In this document: positions 1-8,364 of the stretch, piece by piece | How positions within the stretch are numbered: the stretch's first letter is position 1 | How the letters are laid out: the number at the start of each line of letters is the position of its first letter | Origin: Hymenobacter sp. | GTDB lineage: Bacteria; Bacteroidota; Bacteroidia; Cytophagales; Hymenobacteraceae | Reading direction: 5' to 3' | Assembly (NCBI RefSeq): GCF_031398885.1 | Contig: NZ_JANNOD010000043.1 | Location: forward strand, 4,415-68,414 | DNA: 64,000 nt | Position numbers and translations under genes: made by a program | Notes under the pieces: generated by a model | Told to the model about the DNA's origin: nothing | Database searches by the model: none | The model's input: the letters and a program-made list of their open reading frames with translations, nothing else

Positions 1-1034
1 TGGCACACTAGGGCCCGGACCAGCGCGTCGTTCTCGCCCACCCCGGCGGTGAAAACGATGGCGTCGAGCCCGTTGAGCACCGCTGCGTAGGCCCCGATGT
101 ACTTGCGGATGCGGTAGGCGTACACGTGGTAGGCCAGCTCGGCGGCGGCATCCCCGGCGGCCAGGGCCTGCCCAATGTCGCGCATGTCGCTGAAGCCGGT
201 AAGGCCCCGCATGCCGCTTTCCTGGTTCAGCAGGGCGCCCACCTGCGCCGCCGAGTAGCCCAGCTCACTCTGGAGGTAAAGCACCACGGCGGGGTCGAGG
301 TCGCCGGAGCGAGTGCCCATCACCAGGCCCGCCAACGGGCTGAAGCCCATGCTGGTGTCGAGGCACCGGCCGGCGCGGACGGCGGCCATGCTGCAGCCGT
401 TGCCCAGGTGGATGGTGATGAGCCGGACGGCCGGGTTGCCCAGCCACGCCGCGGCCTGCGCGGCCACGTACTGGTGGCTGGTGCCGTGAAACCCGTACAC
501 GCGCAAGCGGTGCTCGGCGTAGAGGCGCGCGGGCAGGGCATAGCGGAAGGCGTGCTCGGGAATGGTCTGGTGGAAGGCCGTGTCGAACACCGCCACCTGC
601 CGGGCCCGGGGAAACAGGCGCTCGGCCACCTCAATGCCCAGGAGGTTGGCGGGATTGTGCAGCGGGGCCAGGGCAAACAGCGCGCGGATGGCGGCCTTCA
701 CCGGGGCATCGACGAGCGTGGTGGCGGCAAACGTTTCGCCGCCGTGCACCACGCGGTGGCCCACCACGTCAATGTCGGCGGGGTCGCGGATGACGCCGCC
801 CGGCTGCTCGGTCAGCAAACGAAGCACTTCGCCAAGGGCGGCCTCGTGGTCGAGAAAAGTGGCCGTGCGCCGTACGACCCTCTCCTGCCCATCAACCAAG
901 GTTTTGTGGGTAACAACGGCATTATCCAGACCGATGCGCTCCACCAAACCGCTGCACACCGGCTGCTCGGCCGGCCAGCGGAACAGTTGGTATTTGAGGG
1001 AGCTACTGCCGGAGTTGACGACGAAGATGTTCAT
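1..1034 (-). CDS. ackA: Acetate kinase (partial, runs off left edge)
   Basis: Manual translation from ATG at 1034 gives MNIFVVNSGSSSLKYQLF; later HRVVHGGE, LAPLHNPA, VFDTAFH, YGFHGTSH and HLGNGCS motifs; downstream of pta. Confidence 0.95.
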   Translation of the reverse strand, partial: MNIFVVNSGSSSLKYQLFRWPAEQPVCSGLVERIGLDNAVVTHKTLVDGQERVVRRTATFLDHEAALGEVLRLLTEQPGGVIRDPADIDVVGHRVVHGGETFAATTLVDAPVKAAIRALFALAPLHNPANLLGIEVAERLFPRARQVAVFDTAFHQTIPEHAFRYALPARLYAEHRLRVYGFHGTSHQYVAAQAAAWLGNPAVRLITIHLGNGCSMAAVRAGRCLDTSMGFSPLAGLVMGTRSGDLDPAVVLYLQSELGYSAAQVGALLNQESGMRGLTGFSDMRDIGQALAAGDAAAELAYHVYAYRIRKYIGAYAAVLNGLDAIVFTAGVGENDALVRALVC

Positions 1035-1099
1035 GCGGCAGGGTAAGTTTTCATAATCCAGAATCGAATGCGTTGAGGCGGCGGGCTCGTTTAGGCTCC

Positions 1100-1240
1100 G
1101 CTCACCCACGAAGTGAGGACCGAGCGACGTGGAGACGCGTATTCGCGTCTGGTAGTCCGCGCCGTTCGCGCCGCCATCGTTCGACGGCAAGACGCGAGTA
1201 CGCGTCTCCACATCGCTCGGTCTTCGCTCCGTGGGTGAGC
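1100..1240. repeat. Long inverted repeat, GTGG/GTAG-type REP doublet with extended arms
   Basis: 51-nt arms 1100-1150 and 1190-1240 match at 46/51; each contains the hairpin GTGGAGACGCGTA(T/C)TCGCGTCT. Confidence 0.85.
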
Positions 1241-1280
1241 ATCCTGCCCGGCTGCACCCACGCTGCAAACCAACTACCGC

Positions 1281-3374
1281 CTATCCCTGCTGGCTTTGGA
1301 TGGCGGTAATCATCACCGTGTTGAACACGTCGTCCACGGTGCAGCCGCGGCTGAGGTCGTTCACGGGCTTGTTGAGCCCTTGCAGCACCGGGCCAATGGC
1401 CAGGGCCCCGGTTTCGCGCTGCACGGCCTTGTAGGTGTTGTTGCCGGTGTTCAGGTCCGGGAAGATGAGCACGCTGGCCTGGCCGGCCACTTCCGAGTCG
1501 GGCAGCTTCCGGCGGCCCACCAGCGGGTCCACGGCCGCGTCGTACTGAATGGGGCCCTCCACTTTCAGGTCGGGGCGCTGCTGCCGCACCAGCTCGGTGG
1601 CCCGGCGCACCTTCTCCACGTCGGCCCCCGCGCCGGAGGTGCCCGAGGAGTACGAGAGCATGGCCACGCGCGGCTCGATGCCAAAGGCCCGGCTGCTCTC
1701 AGCCGAGGAAATGGCGATTTCGGCCAACTGCTCGGCCGTGGGGTTGGGGTTCACGGCGCAGTCGCCGAACACGGCCACGCGGTCGGGCAGGCACATGAAA
1801 AACACCGACGACACCACCGACACGCCCGGCTTGGTTTTGATGAACTGCAGCGCCGGCCGGATGGTGTGCTGCGTGGTGTGCACCGCCCCCGACACCATGC
1901 CGTCGGCGTGGCCCTTGTGCACCATCATCGTGCCGAAGTAGGAGCCGTCGCGCAGCAGGTCGCGGGCCATGTCGGGGTTCACGCCCTTGTCCTTGCGCAG
2001 CGCGTAAAACGTCTCCACGTAGTCGGCGTAATGCTCCGACGCCACCGGGTCGACGATGCGCAGGTGGCCGGCGGGCAGGCGCAGGCCCAGCCGCTTGGCC
2101 GAGGCCGCCACCTCGGCGGGGTCGCCGAGAATGGTGAGGTCCACCACGTCCTGGTGGAGCAGCTGCGCGGCGGCGCGCAGGATGCGGTCGTCGTTGCCTT
2201 CGGGCAGCACGATGTGGCGCCGCGCGCGCTTGGCCCACTGCAATAGCCGGTACTGGAACATGTGCGGCGTGAGGCCGGCGGCCTGGAAGCTGACGAGCTT
2301 TTCTTCCAGGGCCCGCACGTCCACGTGCCGCTCGAAGGTGGCGAGGGCCAGCTGAATTTTCTTGGGGTTGTCGGGCGTGAGGCGCGACTGGATGGCCCCC
2401 ACGCGGGTGGCGGTTTCGAAGGTGCCCGCGGGCACGGCCAGGATGGGCACCTCGTTGGGCAGGCCTTCGAGCAGGCGCACGATGGGCGCATCGGGCTCGG
2501 AGCCGGCCGTGAGCACGATGCCCGCCACCCGCGGGTAGCTGGCCGACAGGTTGGCCTGCAAGGCGCACACGATGATGTCGCCCCGGTCGCCGGGCGTCAC
2601 AATCAGCACATTGTCTTTGAGGTGATTCAGAAACTGGGGCACCTGCATGGCCCCAATGATGTAGTTGTCGACCTGCCCGCCCAGGCCCGCTTCGCCGAAC
2701 AAGAGCTTGCCACCCAGCCCGGCCTGAATCTCGCGCATGGTGGGATGCAGCAGGTTGGGGTCGTCGGGCACCACGGCCAGCAGCACGGCCGGCGGCAACT
2801 GGCTGCGCAGCAGGGCCCGCACGTCCTCGGCCTGAGCGGGCGCCACGCGGTTGGCCACGGCCAGCAGCACCGGCACCTCGCGGGCCTCGAAGGTGCGCAG
2901 CAGCGTGAGCACCGAGCTCACCACCTGGGCCGTGCTCTTGCCCGCGCCCGACACCACCAGCACCACCGGCACGCCCAGGTTCTTGGCAATCGAGACGTTG
3001 GCGTCGAACTCAATGGCCGTGCCCGGTCCCAGAAAGTCGCTACCTTCCACCACCGTGAAGTCGTAGTTGTCCTCCCAGTGCTTAAACTTGCGAATCACCG
3101 CGTCAATCAGCTCGCCCTGGGCGTCGGCTTCGAGCAGCCGCAGCGCCTCGGGGCGGGTGTAGGCGTAGGTTTCGGCGTAGGGCAGCGGCAGCCGGAAGTA
3201 GCTCGTCACGGCCTCGATGTGCGGGTCGGGCCCCTGGGCGGGGTCGTAGTCGATGATGGGCTTGAAGTAGCCCACCCGGCGGGCCTGGCCCAGCAGCATA
3301 TTTACCAGGCCCAGCGCAACCAGGGACTTGCCGCTGCTGGGCTCGGCGGCGGCAATGAAAACGGCTTTCGTCAT
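1281..3374 (-). CDS. pta: Phosphate acetyltransferase (long form, AAA_26/DRTGG + PTA_PTB)
   Basis: 697 aa; TPGDRGD, IVLPEGNDDRIL, GPIQYDAAVD, FPDLNTGNNTYKAVQR and PVNDLSRG motifs. Confidence 0.97.
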   Translation of the reverse strand: MTKAVFIAAAEPSSGKSLVALGLVNMLLGQARRVGYFKPIIDYDPAQGPDPHIEAVTSYFRLPLPYAETYAYTRPEALRLLEADAQGELIDAVIRKFKHWEDNYDFTVVEGSDFLGPGTAIEFDANVSIAKNLGVPVVLVVSGAGKSTAQVVSSVLTLLRTFEAREVPVLLAVANRVAPAQAEDVRALLRSQLPPAVLLAVVPDDPNLLHPTMREIQAGLGGKLLFGEAGLGGQVDNYIIGAMQVPQFLNHLKDNVLIVTPGDRGDIIVCALQANLSASYPRVAGIVLTAGSEPDAPIVRLLEGLPNEVPILAVPAGTFETATRVGAIQSRLTPDNPKKIQLALATFERHVDVRALEEKLVSFQAAGLTPHMFQYRLLQWAKRARRHIVLPEGNDDRILRAAAQLLHQDVVDLTILGDPAEVAASAKRLGLRLPAGHLRIVDPVASEHYADYVETFYALRKDKGVNPDMARDLLRDGSYFGTMMVHKGHADGMVSGAVHTTQHTIRPALQFIKTKPGVSVVSSVFFMCLPDRVAVFGDCAVNPNPTAEQLAEIAISSAESSRAFGIEPRVAMLSYSSGTSGAGADVEKVRRATELVRQQRPDLKVEGPIQYDAAVDPLVGRRKLPDSEVAGQASVLIFPDLNTGNNTYKAVQRETGALAIGPVLQGLNKPVNDLSRGCTVDDVFNTVMITAIQSQQG

Positions 3375-3465
3375 GCGGTGGGTAACGTAGCGGCCGGGCC
3401 TGGCGTTGGCCGGCTCGGGGCAGTCAATCAGCTTCTCTACCTTTACCTGCTCTACTGTACTTCAT

Positions 3466-4920
3466 ATGACCTCCTACGACTTAACGGAGATACTGCGCAA
3501 GCTTCTGGATATGCCCGCTGAATCGGAATTGGTAGAGTTTAAGGAAGCGAATGACGGTTTCGATTCGGATAAGCTGGGCAAGTACTTCAGTGCCCTAAGC
3601 AACGAGGCTAATTTGAAAGGTGCAGAAGAAGCTTGGCTGGTATTTGGTGTCAATAACGCGCGGGAAGTGATTGGAACTGCATTTCGCTCGGGCTCCACCA
3701 AGTTGCAAAGCCTTACTAAAGAAATTGCCGACCACTGCAACAATCGTCTTACCTTCCGAGGTATTCATGAAGTAACACACAAAGGCAAGCGGGTAATCCT
3801 ATTTGAAATTCCACCCGCTGCAGTCGGCCATCCTACCGCTTGGAAAGGTCATCACTACGGACGAGACGGAGAAAGCTTGGGTCCACTAAACACCGACGAG
3901 CGCCATCGTATTGAGGGCCGGTTTCAATCTCAAATTAATTTTGAACGCGGCATCGCGTACGAAAACGCCAGCATTTCGCACATTTTAGAACTGCTTGACT
4001 GTAATAAGTATCTTACCCTTTTCAATTATCCAGCGCCTGCGGATGCCCAGGAAGTCGTCATGCGGCTGGTAAAAGATAAGGCAGTGGTTCGCGCGAATGG
4101 CGGCTTACACATCACCAATTTAGGTGCTATTCTATTTGCCAAAGACTTGCGGCAATTCAGGCACTTGGAATACAAGGGAATTCGTATCATTTTGTATGAG
4201 GGCACGGGCCGTACAGGTGGCAAGCGCGAACAAACGGGACAGAAAGGGTACGCTGTCGGTTTTCAAGGAGCCCTCGATTGGTTGAACGACCGTCTTCCCA
4301 GCAACGAAGAAATCAAAAGCGTACGTCGCGAAGTCGTACCCATGTATCCCACCAGAGCAGTTCGCGAGTTGGTCGCAAATGCCCTGATTCACCAAGACTT
4401 CTCCATTACCGGCTCGACCCTGATGATTGAGGTATTTGATAATAGAATTGAAATAACCAACCCTGGCACTCCACTGATTAACGTATTGGAATTTCTGAAT
4501 CACATACCCGTTAGCCGCAACGAGGCAATAGCTGCTACAATGCACCTGTTCGATTTTTGCGAACGGCGCGGCAGCGGCATTGACCGCACTGTGGAGGAAT
4601 GCGAAAAACATCACCTACCCGCTCCCAACTTTATTCGCGGCGACAATTATACGCAAGCCATTTTGTACGCACCCCGGCCGCTACGCGAGATGGACCGCCG
4701 CGATAAAATCCGAGCCTGTTACCAGCACGCTTGCCTGAAATACGCTAATGGTCAGCAAATGACCAACCAATCGTTTCGGGAGCGAATGGGCATTGCCGAG
4801 AAAAACTATTCCATCGCATCCCGAATTATCGCAGATGCTTTAGAAGAAGGCTTGATAAAGCCTCACGACCCGGAGAATAAATCTAAGAAGCATGCTAAGT
4901 ACATCCCCATTTTTGGGTAG
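3466..4920 (+). CDS. AlbA_2 (Schlafen-like) domain + HATPase_c_4 + C-terminal HTH protein
   Basis: N-terminal ESELVEFKEA...YFSALSN; central RELVANALIHQDF...EITNPG...ERRGSGI; C-terminal MTNQSFRERMGI; AT-richer than flanks; ATG 3466 preferred over the ORF-track start. Confidence 0.8.
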   Translation: MTSYDLTEILRKLLDMPAESELVEFKEANDGFDSDKLGKYFSALSNEANLKGAEEAWLVFGVNNAREVIGTAFRSGSTKLQSLTKEIADHCNNRLTFRGIHEVTHKGKRVILFEIPPAAVGHPTAWKGHHYGRDGESLGPLNTDERHRIEGRFQSQINFERGIAYENASISHILELLDCNKYLTLFNYPAPADAQEVVMRLVKDKAVVRANGGLHITNLGAILFAKDLRQFRHLEYKGIRIILYEGTGRTGGKREQTGQKGYAVGFQGALDWLNDRLPSNEEIKSVRREVVPMYPTRAVRELVANALIHQDFSITGSTLMIEVFDNRIEITNPGTPLINVLEFLNHIPVSRNEAIAATMHLFDFCERRGSGIDRTVEECEKHHLPAPNFIRGDNYTQAILYAPRPLREMDRRDKIRACYQHACLKYANGQQMTNQSFRERMGIAEKNYSIASRIIADALEEGLIKPHDPENKSKKHAKYIPIFG

Positions 4921-4926
4921 TTCCTG

Positions 4927-5011
4927 TGTGACGGTTATGTGATTTGCATCAGTAAAAACTTTGCTCATCTTACTGCGGAGGCCGTTTTTTTATGTGATGG
5001 CTATGTGATTT
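4927..5011. promoter_or_regulatory. Pair of 19-nt direct repeats TGTGAyGGyTATGTGATTT (candidate operator)
   Basis: Copies at 4927-4945 and 4993-5011, 17/19 identical, each with two TGTGA 11 nt apart. Confidence 0.4.
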
Positions 5012-5024
5012 CAGTCCTTTAAAC

Positions 5025-6923
5025 GTGCCAGCAAATTCTCCCCTGCCCTACCTCGTGTTCGACTTCGACTCCACCTTCACCCAGGTCGAAGGGCTGGATG
5101 AGCTGGCCGACATCGCCCTGCAAGGCCACCCCGACCAGGCCGCCGTGGTGGCCCAAATCCGGGCCCTCACCGACCGGGGCATGGCCGGCGAAATCGGCTT
5201 GCAGGAGTCGCTGAGCAAGCGGCTGGCGCTGCTGGGGGCCCACCGCAAGCACCTGCCGCCGCTGGTGGCCCGCCTGCAAACCAAGGTGAGCGAGAGCATC
5301 CGGCGCAACGGCGACTTCTTCCGGCGCTTTGCCGACCGGATTTACGTGGTGAGCAGCGGCTTTCGGGAGTTCATCGAGCCGGTGGTGGCCGAGTTCGGCA
5401 TCGCGCCCGGGCACGTGCTGGCCAACACGTTCACGTTCGACGCGGCCGGCCACATCACCGGTTGCGACCCCCACAACGTGCTGAGCCGCGACGGCGGCAA
5501 AATCCGCCAGCTCGTGCTGCTCGATTTGGACGGGCCCGTGTACGTGCTCGGCGACGGCATTACCGACTACCAGATTCGCGAAGCCGGGCTGGCCCACCGC
5601 TTCTACGCCTACACCGAAAACGTGGCCCGCCCCACCGTGGTGGCCCGCGCCGACGAAGTGCTGCCGACCTTCGACGAGTTTTTGTACCAACTAAAACTTC
5701 CCATGACTCTCTCGTACCCCAAAAACCGCATCAAGGTGCTGCTGCTCGAAAATCCCGACGCCCGCGCCGCCGAGCTGTTCGCCCAGGAAGGCTACCAGGT
5801 GGAGGAAGTGCGCGGCGGCCTCGACGAGGACGAGCTGATTGCGCGCATCGAGGGCGTGAGCATCCTCGGCGTTCGGAGCAAGACGCAGGTGACGGCGCGG
5901 GTGCTGGAAGCCGCCAACCGGCTCATCGGCATCGGGGCCTTCTGCATCGGCACCAACCAGATTGACCTGCCGGCCGCCATGGCCAAGGGCGTGGCCGTGT
6001 TCAACGCGCCCTTCAGCAACACCCGCTCGGTGGTGGAGCTGGCCCTGGGCGAAATCATCGTGCTGGCCCGCCGCATCCCCGTCAAAAACCCCAAGATGCA
6101 CGCCGGCGAGTGGGACAAGTCGGCCAGCGGCTCGTTCGAGATTCGGGGCAAAACGTTGGGCATCGTGGGCTACGGCAACATCGGCTCGCAGCTCTCGGTG
6201 GTGGCCGAGGCCGTGGGCATGAAGGTGGTGTACTTCGACGTGGCCGAAAAGCTGCAGCTCGGCAACGCCGTGAAGTGCCGCACGCTGGCCGAATTGCTGG
6301 CCCAGGCCGACGTGGTGACGCTGCACATCGACGGCCGACCCGAGAACCAGGACTTCTTCGGGGCCGAGGAATTTGCCCTCATGAAGCCCGGCGCGCTGTT
6401 CCTCAACAACGCCCGCGGCCACGTGGTGGACGTGCCCGCCCTGGCCGCCGCCCTGCGCAGCGGCCACCTCGGCGGCGCGGCCGTCGACGTGTTCCCGCAC
6501 GAGCCCAAAACCAACCACGAGGGCTTCGAGAACGAGCTGCGCGGCCTGCCCAACGTGCTGCTCACGCCCCACATCGGGGGCAGCACGGCCGAGGCCCAGC
6601 GCAACATCGCCGAGTTCGTGCCCGAGCGCCTGATGCAGTACATCAACACGGGCAATACCCAGCAGTCGGTCAATTTCCCCAACATCCAGCTGCCGGTGCA
6701 GCAGGCCCACCGCCTCATCCACGTGCACGCCAACGTGCCCGGCGTGCTGGCCGACATCAACAACGTGCTGGCCGCCCACCGCGTCAACATCCTGGGCCAG
6801 TACCTGAAAACCAACGAGCTCATCGGCTACGTCATCACCGACGTCAACCAGGAATACGACCAGGACGTGATTCAGGCCCTGCGCGAGGTGGCGCACACCA
6901 TCAAGTTCCGGGTGCTGTATTAA
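5025..6923 (+). CDS. serA: HAD phosphoserine-phosphatase-like domain fused to D-3-phosphoglycerate dehydrogenase with C-terminal ACT domain
   Basis: DFDST and GDGITD HAD motifs in first ~220 aa; then GVRSKT, FCIGTNQID, GIVGYGNIG, LTPHIGGST, HANVPGVL. Confidence 0.92.
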   Translation: MPANSPLPYLVFDFDSTFTQVEGLDELADIALQGHPDQAAVVAQIRALTDRGMAGEIGLQESLSKRLALLGAHRKHLPPLVARLQTKVSESIRRNGDFFRRFADRIYVVSSGFREFIEPVVAEFGIAPGHVLANTFTFDAAGHITGCDPHNVLSRDGGKIRQLVLLDLDGPVYVLGDGITDYQIREAGLAHRFYAYTENVARPTVVARADEVLPTFDEFLYQLKLPMTLSYPKNRIKVLLLENPDARAAELFAQEGYQVEEVRGGLDEDELIARIEGVSILGVRSKTQVTARVLEAANRLIGIGAFCIGTNQIDLPAAMAKGVAVFNAPFSNTRSVVELALGEIIVLARRIPVKNPKMHAGEWDKSASGSFEIRGKTLGIVGYGNIGSQLSVVAEAVGMKVVYFDVAEKLQLGNAVKCRTLAELLAQADVVTLHIDGRPENQDFFGAEEFALMKPGALFLNNARGHVVDVPALAAALRSGHLGGAAVDVFPHEPKTNHEGFENELRGLPNVLLTPHIGGSTAEAQRNIAEFVPERLMQYINTGNTQQSVNFPNIQLPVQQAHRLIHVHANVPGVLADINNVLAAHRVNILGQYLKTNELIGYVITDVNQEYDQDVIQALREVAHTIKFRVLY

Positions 6924-6934
6924 ACGGCTGTCGC

Positions 6935-7237
6935 ATGATACCCCGCATCCTAGTCGTGTTCTTGCACAGAATTACCCGGAGCGGCTACACCTGGGCGTTA
7001 CTGGCCGGAGGCTTTTTCATCGGTTGCGGCCGGCTGATGGAACATAACGGCGTCCAAGAATTTAGCTACGCCGACAAGTATGGCAAAGCGCAAGGTGGCT
7101 CACCCGAATTATTGTATTTCTTGGGCGGCAGCATTCTGGCGGTAACATTGTTGCGCGCCCTTCTCTTTCGAATGGATGAGCTAAAGACCGAACGGGCCAA
7201 AGCTGGGGCCAAAGACACGCTGCTTCCCGACGATTAA
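6935..7237 (+). CDS. Small hypothetical membrane protein (two predicted TM segments)
   Basis: ATG 6935 in frame with the ORF ending 7237; hydrophobic stretches YTWALLAGGFFIGC and LLYFLGGSILAVTLLRALLF. Confidence 0.55.
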   Translation: MIPRILVVFLHRITRSGYTWALLAGGFFIGCGRLMEHNGVQEFSYADKYGKAQGGSPELLYFLGGSILAVTLLRALLFRMDELKTERAKAGAKDTLLPDD

Positions 7238-7335
7238 TGAGTCGCTTGCTTCCTGCTTGTCGACAGTTCCTCACATTTGAATCTTACCGTAACCGTCGCT
7301 ACCCACCAACCGCGCAGCCGCCCACCACGGCGTAC

Positions 7336-7554
7336 TCAACGCCCTCGGCGTGGAATAGGCGCAGCAGATTTAAGTACTTGTCCTCCATCGGTAGTTAGCG
7401 GCGGGTTGGCGGGGTTGGCTGCGTAGATGGCCTGGGCCTGTTGGTTGAGGCGCACGGCCAGGGCCAGCCGCTCGTACGGGGTCAGGCCCCAGTAGTAGCG
7501 GCGCTGCTGTTCGTCGATGGCAGCTTTGTCGCGGGATTTAAAGACGGGGCGCAT
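7336..7554 (-). CDS. Small hypothetical protein (antitoxin-like, MRPVFK...YWGLTPYERLALA)
   Basis: Compact ORF; W-x-x-T-P-x-E-R-L motif recalls small proteins often found beside nucleotidyltransferase genes. Confidence 0.5.
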   Translation of the reverse strand: MRPVFKSRDKAAIDEQQRRYYWGLTPYERLALAVRLNQQAQAIYAANPANPPLTTDGGQVLKSAAPIPRRGR

Positions 7555-7580
7555 GGCGCAAGTTATGCAGCTACCCTTGC

Positions 7581-7633
7581 TCACAGTTGTTCGCGCACCT
7601 GGCGCCGCTCCACTTCATTGCGCACGGCATGGG
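7581..7633 (-). pseudogene. Degenerate copy of the dacB 3' end
   Basis: Encodes VRNEVER-RQVREQL*, versus the true dacB end MRNEVERVLRQVRARL* (8365-8419). Confidence 0.65.
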
Positions 7634-7681
7634 GCCGGACTCATTGCGTAACTTGCTTTCCGTAGCCAAACCCCAGTTGTC

Positions 7682-7939
7682 ATGTCCCAGCTCACCATCA
7701 ACCTCGACGATAACCTGCTGGTGGCCGCGCAAGCTTACGCCCACCAAAAAGGCCAGGACCTGGACGCCCTCGTGGCCGACTTGCTGCAAACCGCCGTGCA
7801 AGCGGCTGCGTTTTCAACGCAACCCACGCGGCCGTTGTCGCCGCGCGTACAGCGCTTGTTTGGCTCCCTCAAAGTGTCCCCCGATTTTAACTACAAAGCC
7901 GAGTTGGGCAAGGCGCTGGATGAGCGTTTCGGGGTATGA
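7682..7939 (+). CDS. Putative antitoxin (DUF6364-like, ribbon-helix-helix type)
   Basis: MSQLTINLDDNLLVAAQAYA; 4-nt overlap with downstream PIN gene. Confidence 0.75.
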   Translation: MSQLTINLDDNLLVAAQAYAHQKGQDLDALVADLLQTAVQAAAFSTQPTRPLSPRVQRLFGSLKVSPDFNYKAELGKALDERFGV

Positions 7940-8352
7940 AGCGCTTTCTTCTCGATACCAATGTCGTGTTGGATTTCCTAATCCGGCGCGAGCCGTTTGC
8001 GGCCGTGGCGGCCGACTTATTTCAACTGGCAGAAGAAGGTCGCGTGAAATTGCATGTCAGCAGCCTGTCGTTCAGCCACGTGTTTTATCTGTTGCGCAAA
8101 TCGGTCGGTACCACCACCACCCGCAGCCTGTTAGTTGACCTCTCGGAAGTTGTCGCCGTGGCCCTAGTTGATTCCCGTATGGTGAACGACGCGCTGCGGT
8201 CGTCCTTTCCCGACTTTGAAGACGCTGTTCAGTACTTCGCGGCGGCCGACATTCCCGACCTGGCCGCCATTGTCACCCGCGACCCCAAAGGCTTCGCAGC
8301 CGGTCAGCTACCGGTGCTATCTCCGGCCGAGGCCTTGCGGCTGATTAGCTAA
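7936..8352 (+). CDS. PIN-domain toxin (VapC-like)
   Basis: FLLDTNVVLDFL, DFEDAVQ and IVTRDPKGF PIN motifs. Confidence 0.88.
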   Translation: MKRFLLDTNVVLDFLIRREPFAAVAADLFQLAEEGRVKLHVSSLSFSHVFYLLRKSVGTTTTRSLLVDLSEVVAVALVDSRMVNDALRSSFPDFEDAVQYFAAADIPDLAAIVTRDPKGFAAGQLPVLSPAEALRLIS

Positions 8353-8364
8353 CCCCCGCTCCCC

